DNA of 64,000 nt. Origin: Tubiluchus corallicola (Eukaryota; Animalia; Priapulida). Positions 51,841 through 64,000 of the stretch are shown in pieces. The number at the start of each line of letters is the position of its first letter. Positions within the stretch are counted from its first letter, which is position 1. The position numbers were made by a program, and so were the translations under genes. A model generated the notes under the pieces. The model saw only the letters and a program-made list of their open reading frames with translations, was not told the DNA's origin and did not search any database. The stretch covers positions 248,001 to 312,000 of the forward strand of contig JAQGDQ010000070.1 of the NCBI GenBank assembly GCA_030141605.1. The letters run 5' to 3'.

Positions 51841-52700
51841 GGGTATTTATATAACATTATGTAACAAATTGCAAAATCCGTCTTTATCTAACAAATTTTA
51901 TTTTATTGCGTAACAAACTGTAACAATTTTTGCGTCATTATGTAAAATCTTTAATAACAAATCAACATAGGGTTAATGATGTAACGATGCTGCGCCATTA
52001 CTTAGTAATGAATATGTAACAAAGCAACGTAGGATTGGTCTGTGGTTGTGTGATGTCACGGTCGGTCTTAAGTATTGGACTGGGTCGCTTTCTTTTTGTT
52101 ATAGATGTGTACCTTTTTAGCCCATATACTGGCTTGAAAAGGCGGACCAATGCTTACATCATTGTGAGAAACTGGACAATGAACTCCATCCTTCTCTTCA
52201 GGGTTGGGAATTGCTGGCAGTCTGGCAATGGTTGTGGAAAAATGGGCAGTTCTGTTTACCACAACCTTTGATGATCCGTGTAATCCAACACGAACAGTTC
52301 AGTTCAGATCCAACAATTATTCACCTTGTGCCTTCTTATGTAACATCAAAACGCAGTATCAGAATCAAAAATTGTAGTAGAAATGTATGCAATATACTTA
52401 GCTCTGAAAATTCAGAGCTGAGGCAGATACATCTCATGATCCCAGCTAGATCAGTCAGAGAGACCAGATAAGACTAAGCTGGAGCCAGACCGCATCTACA
52501 AGAGAAAGAAATTGACCCAGGCCAATAATTAGACAACATCCATGCCGTGACAAGATCCAAACACGGCTACGATCAACCTTACGTTAGCCTGTTACATAAT
52601 GCATGTATTTGTTAAATAATGATTGTTACATTTATACAGTGTTTTTGTTACATCAAATTACGTTTTTATGTTAAACAATGAACCTTAACAATTGTTTAAA
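51841..52700. mobile_element. Foldback-like element: inverted arms of TGTAACA subrepeats around a ~530 bp core
   Basis: aatatgtaacaaagcaacgtaggattggtc (52011-52040) matches the reverse complement of gatcaaccttacgttagcctgttacataat (52571-52600); left arm is tgtaac-rich, right arm gttaca-rich. Confidence 0.55.
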
Positions 52701-53767
52701 TCCGCAAAATACTGAACATTATATACGAAGAATGTTGTGGCGGTAATGGAAAAACCGCCTATCAAAACAGTAGAAAGCATTGCCATATATTTGATCAGCT
52801 TTACTACAAATCAGGCAGGTAAAGATTGTTTGCTACCCTGCTTTTCTTGATAATTAAACTTTGGAACAACCCGAAGTCTAGTGCAGTGATTATTCAGATA
52901 GAAATAATTCTCTTATTTTGCTTCTGTGGATCGGCTTTATCAACAACTAAGTGACTTAACATCCAGGGTTGGTTTTTGAAACGCCTAGAAGTTTTTGAAA
53001 ACCTGGTTTTCTTTTTTGCAAGATGTATTTAGCCAACGTATGAACTTCAAACAATTGTAGATTTGTGCATTCTTGTAACAACTAGCGTTGATTAATTATA
53101 ATCATATATATTAAAACTGTCTGCCCGAGGTGACCTGCAGCCGCATAAGTTAAAAAGTACCTCAAGAAAAAGTGGAAAAAGAGAAAGAGAGGGGTGGATT
53201 AAGAAGAAGAAAGGGAATAAAGCGACAGGAAACCAGAGGAAGTTCACTTCAGATGAAGCAAAAAACATACCTCATCGTCTGGATCAGCATGCAAGTCCTA
53301 ATGGTGCGCTTGGTGTCATGATGGGTGCTCAGAGACAAGCTCGACATCAGCATTGGTGCAAATGCTCCGGTGTCAAGGTTGATACAGAAAGTCACTTATA
53401 ATCGTGAGCTCAATGACGAGATTTGTACGTAGATAGACAGACAGATATTTTATTTCTGAAAATCAAAATTTCCAACACGAAAATTACAAACTCGACGCAT
53501 ACCCGATCGTTTTATCAGCAGGCAGCGCTCGGGTAATGATTTCCAGATCATATTAACAATTTGACTCAACATAGCTGCACAAGATATATACACAGATATA
53601 CAAATTTAGTTGTAAACTCTATGAAGCGAAAAACAATTTACTAAGGATATGTACACATGTGATAAACTATTATTTTACCTATACGGTAATCACAGTGATG
53701 CGGTTATATGTCCGCTAACAAAGCTATACTATTTAATTCAAAAATCTATGTATACAGTCGTAATATA

Positions 53768-54020
53768 TACTGGTAAGCTCGGTTTGGGGATCGGTACATA
53801 AGATTTCGTAACCAGATTTTTTAATCGGAAGGAAAACGAAAAAAATCTGGTTAATACCAGATTCTCTGCCATCCGATCTGATCTGGTTATAACCAGATTC
53901 TCTGCCATCCGATCTGGTTATAACCAGATTCTCTGCCATCCTGCGAGAAAAAATCTGCTTAGAACCAGATTTTTTATAATCAGAACATCGGATATCATGG
54001 CCCTAATATGCTTACGTTGT
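53768..54020. repeat. Short element with ~31-bp tandem repeats containing the palindrome ATCTGGTTATAACCAGAT
   Basis: Unit atctggttataaccagattctctgccatccg about 3 times, plus degenerate copies. Confidence 0.8.
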
Positions 54021-54988
54021 AATTCATCTGGGTGGACAATTTAATTTCCGTCTTTCGTTGTTTTAAATTAAATCTAACTAAATTAAAATTAAACTAAATC
54101 CAGATGACGACAATTTCCGCCTTTCGAACGAGACTAATTATCAGCTAAGAATTGCAAACTTGTGGGAATCATCGGACTAATTTTGCCTGTCTCGCCATTA
54201 ACGTAAGAATGATACTAAACGCGGATTGTGTAGACATAGACAATCACGATTCATTCTGATACTGACAGAAACTTTAATGATCGTGGCTTAAACTATGTCA
54301 TGGTGGTAAAGCAATTACATATTGTTGCAAGGCATTAATTGTAAAGGTAGTAATGATATAGTATCAGTGTTTTTTTTTACTGACAATTAATTTGAAATAA
54401 TAATTAAGATTTGTCTAGGAGGTTGATTGCTTAATTTGTAATATTACGCTTATCTGAATTATGCTTTTTGTTGACAGTGTTTTATTCAAAACTGGGTAAA
54501 CTGCATTTAGCAATGAATTGAGCTTCGTGTAAGCAGTGTAAGAAGATCTTCAAGGTAGCCTGCTCGCTTTTCCTTCTCGGAGGTCTTATGTTCAATTCCA
54601 AGGCTAAATCCTACCGAAGGCCTAAAGGATAGTATGGCTTAATTTATTGATGTTTGCCTATTGTTAGTATTATTAGAGATTCATTTAGTATTGTTTAGCA
54701 TAACTCCTTAATGTTTAATCTATTTAATCTGAATTTAGAAAATTGAAAACTCGGTTTTGATAATTTACTTTGACAGCGAAGAGGCCGAACAGTAACTTTT
54801 TATTTGCGTCTCTGATGAAAATATTAACCTCTTTGATAAGCCATTTATGTTTATTGTTTATATGGAAATTCTCACAGTAATTCTCCTTGTAATTCATTTT
54901 TCACAACTCATTCAACGTAATCAGAATGTAATGTTTTAATTCAGTAATTTGAATGCATAATTGAACTACTTTTCACAAGTTTCTGGTG

Positions 54989-56688
54989 TTATTTGGCACT
55001 TAAAAAACCCCAAAAAACTGTGCATAGCAAAAAATAATACAAAATACAGTATACAGGTGTACTCAACCTCAAAACGTGCGGCCTTCGTGCTGTAAATTCC
55101 AAACGGTACGGGTTTTGACACCTAAACGTCATCAGCTGGGACACACACGAAACACATTCTCCTTCGTCCTTGTCTTTCTGCTTCTCCTCCTCTTTTGCTT
55201 TCTTCTTTGCAGATATTCGGACAAGGACGTCTTCCAGCTCGTATGGGATACCTTCATTTGGGCAAAAAAGGCATCCACGCTGACACCGATGGCGTGTGTC
55301 AGCAGTCCGTTCCAAGCCACATTTCTTGCAACAGTTGAAAGCCTTCAGGCGCTTGTACTTCGGAGCTTGCACCTCTTCTAGCATGCGACGATGGCGAAGA
55401 TGAGCCTCACCAGCTGTATTCGGAGGTAGAACGTAGGTGCACCTTTCCCGGTAGGTGCATCGGGAAGCTGACGCGCCGGTGGAAGTGGACCCTGTACAAG
55501 TGTGTCCTGCTCTTTCGCTCTCATTTTCTTGTTGAACCTGCAAGGACAATATACAGTGTTACAATAATATAGTGTATACAAATGCAGTGTAAGTCACAGT
55601 TTTTAAACAGCTGCAGCGTGGTGTGGGCCTTCGACGACCACACAGCCCGGATGGATAACGCACAGCTTCAGGCAGATGGCTTCAACTAGCCTGCTTGCAC
55701 TTGGCACCAACAAAGCACCTAGAGAATAAAAAACACAAATATTCAATCACATGAAATAATTGACACAAAATACAACTCTCCTGTCCAGGTACAACTTGAG
55801 ATTTGGATCGTGCAAAGCGGCCCTTCGTCAGCTGGGGCTTATGCCGTGGTGGATAATCAATCCGCCTCTTGTCCACATCATGGAGGTCGTTCCACAGTGT
55901 AATAATGGTTGTCACCTGGGACTTTTATCGCAACGAGGCAGACTCTCCTCCTTCACCGAAGAACTGATCAAGCTCATCTTTAATCGATGCTAGTATTTGA
56001 TCTTCAGCTTCACACACACGTTCAGCTTCAAACGAAGGTGGCTTCAAGACGGTGGTTTGCGAGGTATTCTACGCCTATCAGCTCACCTAAAAAAAAATAA
56101 AATAATAATAGTCAGACAATAATAAAAATTTTTTTATCAGGCACAATAATGTTAAACTGAACATTTTGCACAAATTAAAGTAATGCGATATTACAAACCT
56201 GTGTATCCAAAAACCTTCCTGTTCAGTTCATTCAGTGTCTGCTTCAACTCACCGCTGAAAGTCCGTTGAGAAATTTTCGTGGTGGTACTAACTGAAGCAG
56301 CAGCCCTATCCTCATTCCATCTGACAATACCCTCCAACAGGTAGGCTTGGAAGTGCGTTTGATTTGCACTTGTTCCTGAAATTGCAATATATAGAAATTA
56401 ATACTAAATACCAAAAAGAAGAAGTCCTGGAAAAAAGCATATTATAATAGTGCTAAACCAAGAAATTCGTGTCATTTATCACAAAAGCATTTGAATTAAT
56501 ACCTGGGATGAAGTTGACAATATGGCTATGAAAAGACTCCAAAGATACTGAGCCACGTGCACATCTGTATACTGGCAGGATAACATCTCCTTTTTTCAAT
56601 TGCCTGTCTGAGTGTAGATGTGGCGGATCTTGGTTCGCCTCGCTGTAACGTCTCATCAGTCCAGTAGCCATCTTCATCAATCCAGCTT
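54989..56688 (-). pseudogene. Decayed multi-exon gene resembling the DUF6729-type putative DNA-transposon protein family
   Basis: Exons ~56688-56503, 56375-56199, 56086-~55772, 55718-~55610, 55537-~55130 with GT-AG sites where retained. Motifs LPVYRCARGSVSLESFH..FIPG/TSAN..FQAYLLEGIVRWN, YTGELIGVEYL, KGRF, SRLVEAIC, PNTAG, CKKC..H..FCP; frameshifts present. Family label is from recall. Confidence 0.7.
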
Positions 56689-57033
56689 CTGAAAATAGAA
56701 ACTTCGAAAAAAATGAAACAACTTGAATGTAAACTTTCTGAAATATCAACAGACGATATGTCAGTATAAAATAACAAATAACAGTATAAAATATCAACAG
56801 TATAACAAGACTAGATTATGTCAACAAGATGAAACAACAGTGCAATAAATGAGCAAATAAGCAGCTAAAATCGCAGCGAAAACTAGCAGAGATTCTCCTA
56901 GCAGGAGAAAAATGATGAAATGTGCTCAAAATCACGCCCTTTTATGCAGCAAACTCGTGGGAAAGAGTCGCTAAGGAGTAGCAAAGAGTCGGTAATGTCC
57001 AATCAGAAGGTGGCTCATCAATTTGTATCTCCC

Positions 57034-57129
57034 AAACCGACTCTCTGGTACTAGGCTAGCTCGACAAACTGACTCTCTGGTACTAGGCTAGCTCGACAAA
57101 CTGACTCTCTGGTACTAGGCTAGCTCAAC
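57034..57129. repeat. 32-bp tandem repeat x3
   Basis: aaactgactctctggtactaggctagctcgac at 57034, 57066, 57098. Confidence 0.95.
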
Positions 57130-59169
57130 ATGACTTCAATGTTTGCATTGTTTTTGCTCTATTATTTCACTTGTTAATTATGACCTAGTAAGCGCAGTTT
57201 GACTTGTCTGTGCATTGAGTTTGAATGCATTTCTGAATACGTAATCTTTATTACAATCTAAGACAATAATAATTACAAAAAAGTATAAGATATAAAAGCA
57301 GAATAAACCGTATATACATTCGTATAAACTATAGATTTAGATTTAAGTTTATTTTAGCATATAAAATGCGATATACAAGATAAAAGGTAAACAATTACAG
57401 TATGGACTAGGACATATTAAAATTAAAACTATGACATATTAAAACTTTACTGGGATTCACATAATAGTATTGTACGATTGCAGTACTAATGGCATATCAC
57501 TAGCCTGCACTAATAATAGAATACACTGTTAAAAGTTTTACATTTAAAAGACTAATTAAAGGATTCCAGATAAAGTCACAGAAGGCCGAGGCTACTTACA
57601 GGTGCCTGTTAAAAGGTAGTAAGGTTTACATTTTTCACACATTTTTTATAACGTTTGCTTTTTTGAACACGGACCAAGAATTTCCTTAAGCATCAGCAAA
57701 CTACAACTTAAAGTTGATGTGAAAGAGAAACTAGTTACGAAATCCAGTGGTGTCATTACTGCAATTTAACTTTTCCACTCGTGAATGAATTTTTTTTAAA
57801 CGGGAAAGTCAACAGGGAACAACTTCATACACGCCAACAGACTCTGATTGTTGATTTCAAATCTCAATTAGAAAAAAAAGTTTAGAAACAATTAAGTCTA
57901 AGTTTCTAAAGCAGTAAAATCTGTATCAAAAAAGTCTATGCATGGCAAAACAGTGGAATTACGAACTGGTGCTTGTTTTGTTCAAAAACTCGTTTAATCA
58001 ACTACATCCATTTTTTGGATTGGGGACACTTACAAGTCTTCAAACTTTTCTGGCTACCGGACATCCACATTACGAGTGTCCCAAGCACAACTTTTCACCA
58101 TTCTATGCCTCTCTCGCAGATAACTAAATTTTACCTTCACAAGCTTGGACGGCAAGAAAGAAACATTAAAAATAATCATGCATTCTCGATGTAAATTTCG
58201 TATACGCCTCACTCACTGCAAATACCACTCAGTTTGGGAGCAAGTCTCAGTTTGGGAGCAAGTCTCCAGGCCCCAGCCGGGACTAACCGTTAGAGCAGCT
58301 GATTGACTGACGTTGTGCGATTGAGTATTGAGATAACTAATTAATAAATCAACAGTGAGTGTTATAAATGTACCAGATATTAACTAATAGACGCATTGGT
58401 ATACTGAAAAATAAACAACAGGTATGAAGTTATCCAGGCCAATTTACAAGCCTTAAAAAGGCACTCACCAGAGACAAAGTTAAATTATAAGAGCGACGCC
58501 ACTGGGTTTCGCAAGTAGCTTTTCTTACACACAAGCTTTAAGTTGCAGTTTGCTGCAGGTGAAGGCTTAAAAAGACTTAAACTTCTGTACACAGTTTAAC
58601 ATAATCGTAGTACGATTCAAATTTTCAGCATACTTATAACTAATCACTCTTAGTTCTCTTTACTTGCAGATTTTTTTTGTAAAAATATTAATAGCACAGA
58701 TTATACTAATATTGTCGTACATTCATTAATCCTTCTCTGATTGTGACGCAATAAGAAATAAATGAAATACTTATGAAAATTTGACCTAGGCCTTGTCGTA
58801 GTTGTGTAGCTAGTTAACCGTGTTTTTTACTATGACGACTCTGCAAATAGTAGTAACTACACTTTATATAGAACTCAAGTAATTATTTTATACCTGATAT
58901 GGTGCATTAATATACTGTAAAATGATTCTTACAACAGCAGGACTAATAGACGAGGACAATTATCTACCTAGAGAGTCCACCTGATGTCTGCACGCATAAT
59001 AATGGTTGCCGGCTTGTAATTTTTCTAGAATATGGCTTGGTTTCGTGGTGTGAGCCTATCACCTGCCTCGGCACGAGTTTTATGAATATTACAATAAGTG
59101 TGTTATTTATCATTTATGGCGATTAGCTTCTCTGTAGAGATATTTTAATGCAGTCGAAACAATTATGAG

Positions 59170-59396
59170 CACTGACTCAAGTGGCGTTTATGTGGCATCC
59201 GGAATGCGTTGCGCGTTATTCACCAGCGGAATAGCTGCGGAAAAAATCAATAGGAAATAGCTGCAGAAAAAATAACGCATAACGCAGGCTTGATAAACGG
59301 GTGCATTGAAAACAATATAAACCGATTTTATCTACTCCTTACTCCCCATAACGTATATGCATTCCGAATACTACATAAACGTCACTTCAGTCAGTG
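59170..59396. mobile_element. MITE with ~50-bp imperfect TIRs starting CACTG
   Basis: cactgactcaagtggcgtttatgtggcatccggaatgc versus reverse complement of the right end, cactgactgaagtgacgtttatgtagtattcggaatgc; no clear TSD. Confidence 0.75.
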
Positions 59397-59514
59397 AAAC
59401 AAGAGAAAATTGTATTAGGCTTGCCAGGAATATCGTACTTACGATTCATTACGAAGCACGCTTCGTAAATTTATACAAAATGAACTATTAAAATCACAAA
59501 ACATTTCATACATT

Positions 59515-59892
59515 GCGTAAAACATACTAATTTAGAAACTAGACGTTTCGCCTGTTTTATCCAGGCATTATAAATGGCTACTGGTGAAATATTTTGCATG
59601 AGCTTATACAATTAGCAAGGTGCTCTAGCGATATATTGCACAGGTTCACTTTCAATTATGAATTATTTGAACAAATCAATTTTAAACACACAGGTTACTT
59701 CGATTCCATTAACTTTGTTCAAATAACTCGCTCTATTGAAAGTGATTCTGTGGAGTACATACTGCTACAGCAACTTCACAGCAACTTGACGCTACTTATA
59801 TATGCTTATGCAAAACATTTTCAGCATCCACCATGGATAATGCACGGAGAAAACAGGCAAAACGTCTGTTTTAAATTAGCATAGTTTACATA
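59515..59892. mobile_element. Inverted-repeat element with Penelope-like gacgtttcg termini
   Basis: ~85 bp imperfect inverted repeats: ctaatttagaaactagacgtttcgcctgttttatccaggcattat / ataatgcacggagaaaacaggcaaaacgtctgttttaaattag. Confidence 0.6.
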
Positions 59893-62330
59893 ATATTATA
59901 CAGAATTTATATTTGTAAGATTTTAACGAAATTTGCTTTTTTGCAACAAAGAAGCTATTTCGTTTAATTACGATTCCTGCGTACTGCGATTCCAAGTAGT
60001 AACCAAGGGATATTATATGCAGCTAAGTTTATAAAGCAAGATAAGTTAAGTTCATGTTAATTACGCAATTAACCTGACAGGATAAAGTCAAACAACAAAT
60101 GAAGCAACGTCTTTTTGTAGTAAAGATAACCAACGAAAAGAACAATGCCGTTGAAATTTTATTCTGTCATCAAAGGGCTTTTAAAAACTTAAAATTTTAA
60201 TTCGTAGCAGTTAATTTAGTTCATTTCATTATTGTTTATATAAAAAATATCATCAAATAGTAATATAAACACTGTTAAATATTGGCACTTTTAACATCAT
60301 GCACTATTACGCACTAACAAATAATATGCGCATAACGAGAAATGACGAAGGAAAATGAGGTTCTAGTTTAAACTTTATTTATTTACAGTGGATTTACAAA
60401 ACAGGCTGCGTCTGATACAGGTATCTCCACGGTGCAAGTGCTGAGTGCAAAGTGCTAATAAAAGAATAATGGCCCTCACGTCTAATAATTTTCACACTCG
60501 ATTCGATAAAACAATTGACTCAATTACAATCAGCAGATGGTGATTAAACTTACAGTATAACAACAGTAATAGTAAAAATACATTTACAAAGCAAGTTGGC
60601 TAGTTAATCATTTAACAGTAAAATCTAAATGAGGTTCTAAATTGATACTTATAAATATCCTTCCCTCCCTGTATCTTTGTATAATACATATATTTGCATA
60701 TTCTACACTGTATAATTACAGAATTTCTACAGTGTTTGTGCAAGGGAATGATCTAGACGAATTTCATTTTTTTTTTCATTTCCTCTTACTCTAACTGAAA
60801 TGAAGCACTTACTTCATTTAATTGTGTCACACATGAAAAGTGACTAATGATGCCAGCACGTGGAGAATTTTTATCGTGTGTCAGATAAAGATCACGATAA
60901 AAGAATTTAGATTGCTTTTAGGCTAAAAAATCGTTTAATGCGTATATCGCGCCTGATCGATGCCGAATGTACCGAATTTGCAAAGGAAACCTTCTCACAA
61001 TCATCATGATATCTGGTTGGGTAAATAAAATAAAAAAATGTATGAAACTTTTTTAACAATACGCGGAATCTTTTAACAGGGTAATTTATAGCAACCGTTC
61101 CCATATAAACCATTTCTGACAGGAAGTCAAGCTTGTCACGGCACGTATAGCCACAATAGTCTTTCTTCATTAACAGTTGCTAGTAAATTTATGTGCGCGC
61201 ACTGATTAATTTGACCATGAAAGTATTCATTTGCCAAGATTATCAATATTGTGCACCTACATTCAGTAAACACTCATCCAATATAATCTTAATGCAGCGC
61301 TGCTATTGTTATTATTATTTACTTAGTGTAAAGATGTATGCTTTTATTATACGCAAGCTACTATGACAAATAATCATCGTAATCTTTCATCGGTCGCATT
61401 TATGCTGAAACACCGAGGAAGCCATGAATATTTTTATTATGTACAGGGATTAATTTTCAAGCTAGTCATTAATTATGGAACAAATCATGTTCCAGAAGCA
61501 ATAATCCTAGGCATAATCTTGCGTCTAATTACTTATCTATGCTTCCTAATTAATGACAGTAAATCCTTTATTATTAACATAGATGGTATAACATCAACAA
61601 GGAGGTTTTATACCCATTGTTGTAATGACCGAAACTGTCTAGACTGCTGAATTATGAATCAATTATCTATTTTTGGCTTCTTGTTTACGAAAAACTCCAT
61701 AAAGTCGTCTATTTTGTCGTGATGCAGGTCTAGTTTCCATGCATGCAACATAAAAAAACTTTGTTATTTTCTTAATGTGAGACTATTATTTCGTACTAAA
61801 TTTTCGAAAAAATGGACTCTATGACAACCGTAAAATTTGTATCTGTTAACAGCTAGCTTATTATCATCATTTCAGGGTCTGTAAGCAAAGACTGTATAGA
61901 ATGTTCGCCCATTAACACCATTTCTTTAGAGTAGAAAGCAACGATTATGTAGAATGTTCGCGTGTTATTGATCATCAGTGCATGCATTTGTCATTTCATG
62001 CAGACTCAACGTTGTGCAAAACGTTTTTGTTGTTGCTACTATTTTGTGGCATGGTGTGGGTGGTGTCGTATGGTGTAAGTAGAGGGTGACTTTAGTATTG
62101 TAACGTCACAATAGAACCATATTGTAGAAAAATAGTTAAATGACCAAAAGAAACCAACGAAGGGACATCATCTGAAACAGCATGCTACAAAAAAAAGTAC
62201 AAACAAAACATACCTGAGTGCGTACGTGCACAAGCGAGTAACCCAACGCTTCGCATTCTGGACTAGTTTTTAGCACAGTGTACTCGTGCCTATTCGGAAT
62301 CTGGTGTCAAGTTTATAGACTAACCATGCA

Positions 62331-62372
62331 TTAATAACTAAAATAATAATAAAAATAATAATAATAATAATG

Positions 62373-62469
<97 letters not shown>

Positions 62470-62525
62470 CAATAATAATAATAACAACGACGACGATAAC
62501 AAGGAGGAGGAGAAGAAGAAGAAGT
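62331..62525. repeat. (TAA)n microsatellite grading into CGA/GGA/GAA triplets
   Basis: Direct reading. Confidence 0.97.
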
Positions 62526-64000
62526 CACGAAATGATGACTACAAATACTCGAAAACACCATCAACATCAGCATTCCACAAATTCCGTCTCTACAAGTCAG
62601 GTGGAAAAAATCGAATAACAGCTGAAGAAGAAACAGAGGAAACACTCCACACGCAACACAGTGAAACCAACTTCATGACAGATTAATTAACTAATGTGCT
62701 TCGTTTTTTTTCTATTATAATAGTTTGTGAACAATAAGCATTTTTCTCGTTGACAGTTTCGCTTTGCACCTGAATATTTTGTCAACCTTGACACTGTCAT
62801 GTTGTGTGGACTTAATTTTTCGAAATAAAAACATAAATAATCAAGTAAATGCGTTGACTGACACATTTCAAGATTCGTTTGTTGCGTTAAATGTATATCT
62901 AGAAAGCTTGTCAAGCCTGTCTGTTGACAGAATGCACTGAGCAATTCCATCGAAAATAATAAATAAATAGCAAACAGAAAAGAATTTTTAGTGAATTTCT
63001 GCACGTGTGTCTTTGTGTGTTTTTTGTACATGTGTGAACTTAACCATTTTACCGTTATCCTCTTAACACTGAGCCGCTAATAATTACTTGTACTTTTAAT
63101 CATTTTCATGCCCATAATTATATTATTTTTACATATTGAATTAAGCAAACTCTTTCGAGCAGTTTGGTTTTATGTGAAACCTGAATTGGCGTGCTGCTAT
63201 TGGTGAATAATATTTTAAAGTTTTCATTTACTGATTTGTCCACAAATATGCATCCGTAATTAATATAATTATAAAGGTTTTTTTTTTTAATCAAACTGTG
63301 ACTACGTATTGTTGCATTCCTATGTTATATCTGGCATAACTATGATATTCAATTTTTTTCATCTGGCAAGTTGATTACAAATTTTTTTCGTACAGTACCA
63401 GTCTATGTACATTTACTTTAGTTATTTTTAAGTGGCATAATTTGTAATATTTTTTCTTTTTCTTTTTTGTATTAAACGGTACATTTATACTACAACATTG
63501 GAGATAATTTAATTTCAATTTTGCTTAATTCTGTTTCCTCAATTCCATTACATTCAATTTTATGTCGAATTAGTATATGCTATGTAAATATTGCTAATAA
63601 TTGCAACTTTGTATGACACATCAAGCGCCATTATTATAATTTATGCACCTTAGAGAAGAGTAGCTTCCTCGAGACTGCTTATAGTCATGAAGCTACTTCA
63701 CACTTAAGCAAATATTTTTGTCAGTATTGTACATTATACTTTTTTGATTAACATGTGTGACTTTTCTCTATATTTCAGTATAAGTATAAATATTCCTGTG
63801 TCTTACATCTTATGTCTCGATCAGGTGAATGGACCACCAATTCCTTCCTTCTTTTGGCAACAGACTTCTGCCTTTTGTCTAATCCATCCGCGCATCAAGT
63901 TACAAAATGATGTACTGTTTTTGAATGTGTGGTCCTTTGTCTGGTGGTCCTTTGATCTATGGTATTTTGACTAGTGGTCCTTTGACATAAACCCATTTCA

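Noticed and set aside
62331-62645. Poly-Ile and poly-Tyr ORFs
   Set aside because: Translations of the (TAA)n microsatellite

Overview
AT-rich (roughly 35% GC by eye) animal genomic DNA with GT-AG introns, microsatellites and many decayed transposons. It is invertebrate-like; the lineage cannot be fixed from the sequence. Main contents: (1) 11 coding exons of a RYK/Derailed Wnt-receptor pseudokinase (+, 1700-15539; the first exon lies upstream of the window); (2) a candidate small spliced gene not seen in the ORF track (+, ~19.3-23.2 kb), with CRE and X-box-like promoter motifs; (3) a ~9.3 kb nested tandem array of ~1.5-1.75 kb units, each built from three related ~0.4 kb subunits (23.9-33.2 kb); (4) several LINE fragments, including a CR1/L2-group element with an intact ORF1 but no RT domain, flanked on both sides by (GA)n (44.4-47.2 kb, -); (5) an aminergic class A GPCR with TRY in place of DRY (+, 50381-51730); (6) a decayed intron-containing gene resembling the DUF6729-type putative transposase family (-, 55.0-56.7 kb); plus MITE-like, foldback-like, SINE-like and Penelope-like remnants. 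There are no prokaryotic features, CRISPR arrays, rRNA or intact tRNA genes. All family assignments come from motif recognition; no searches were run.
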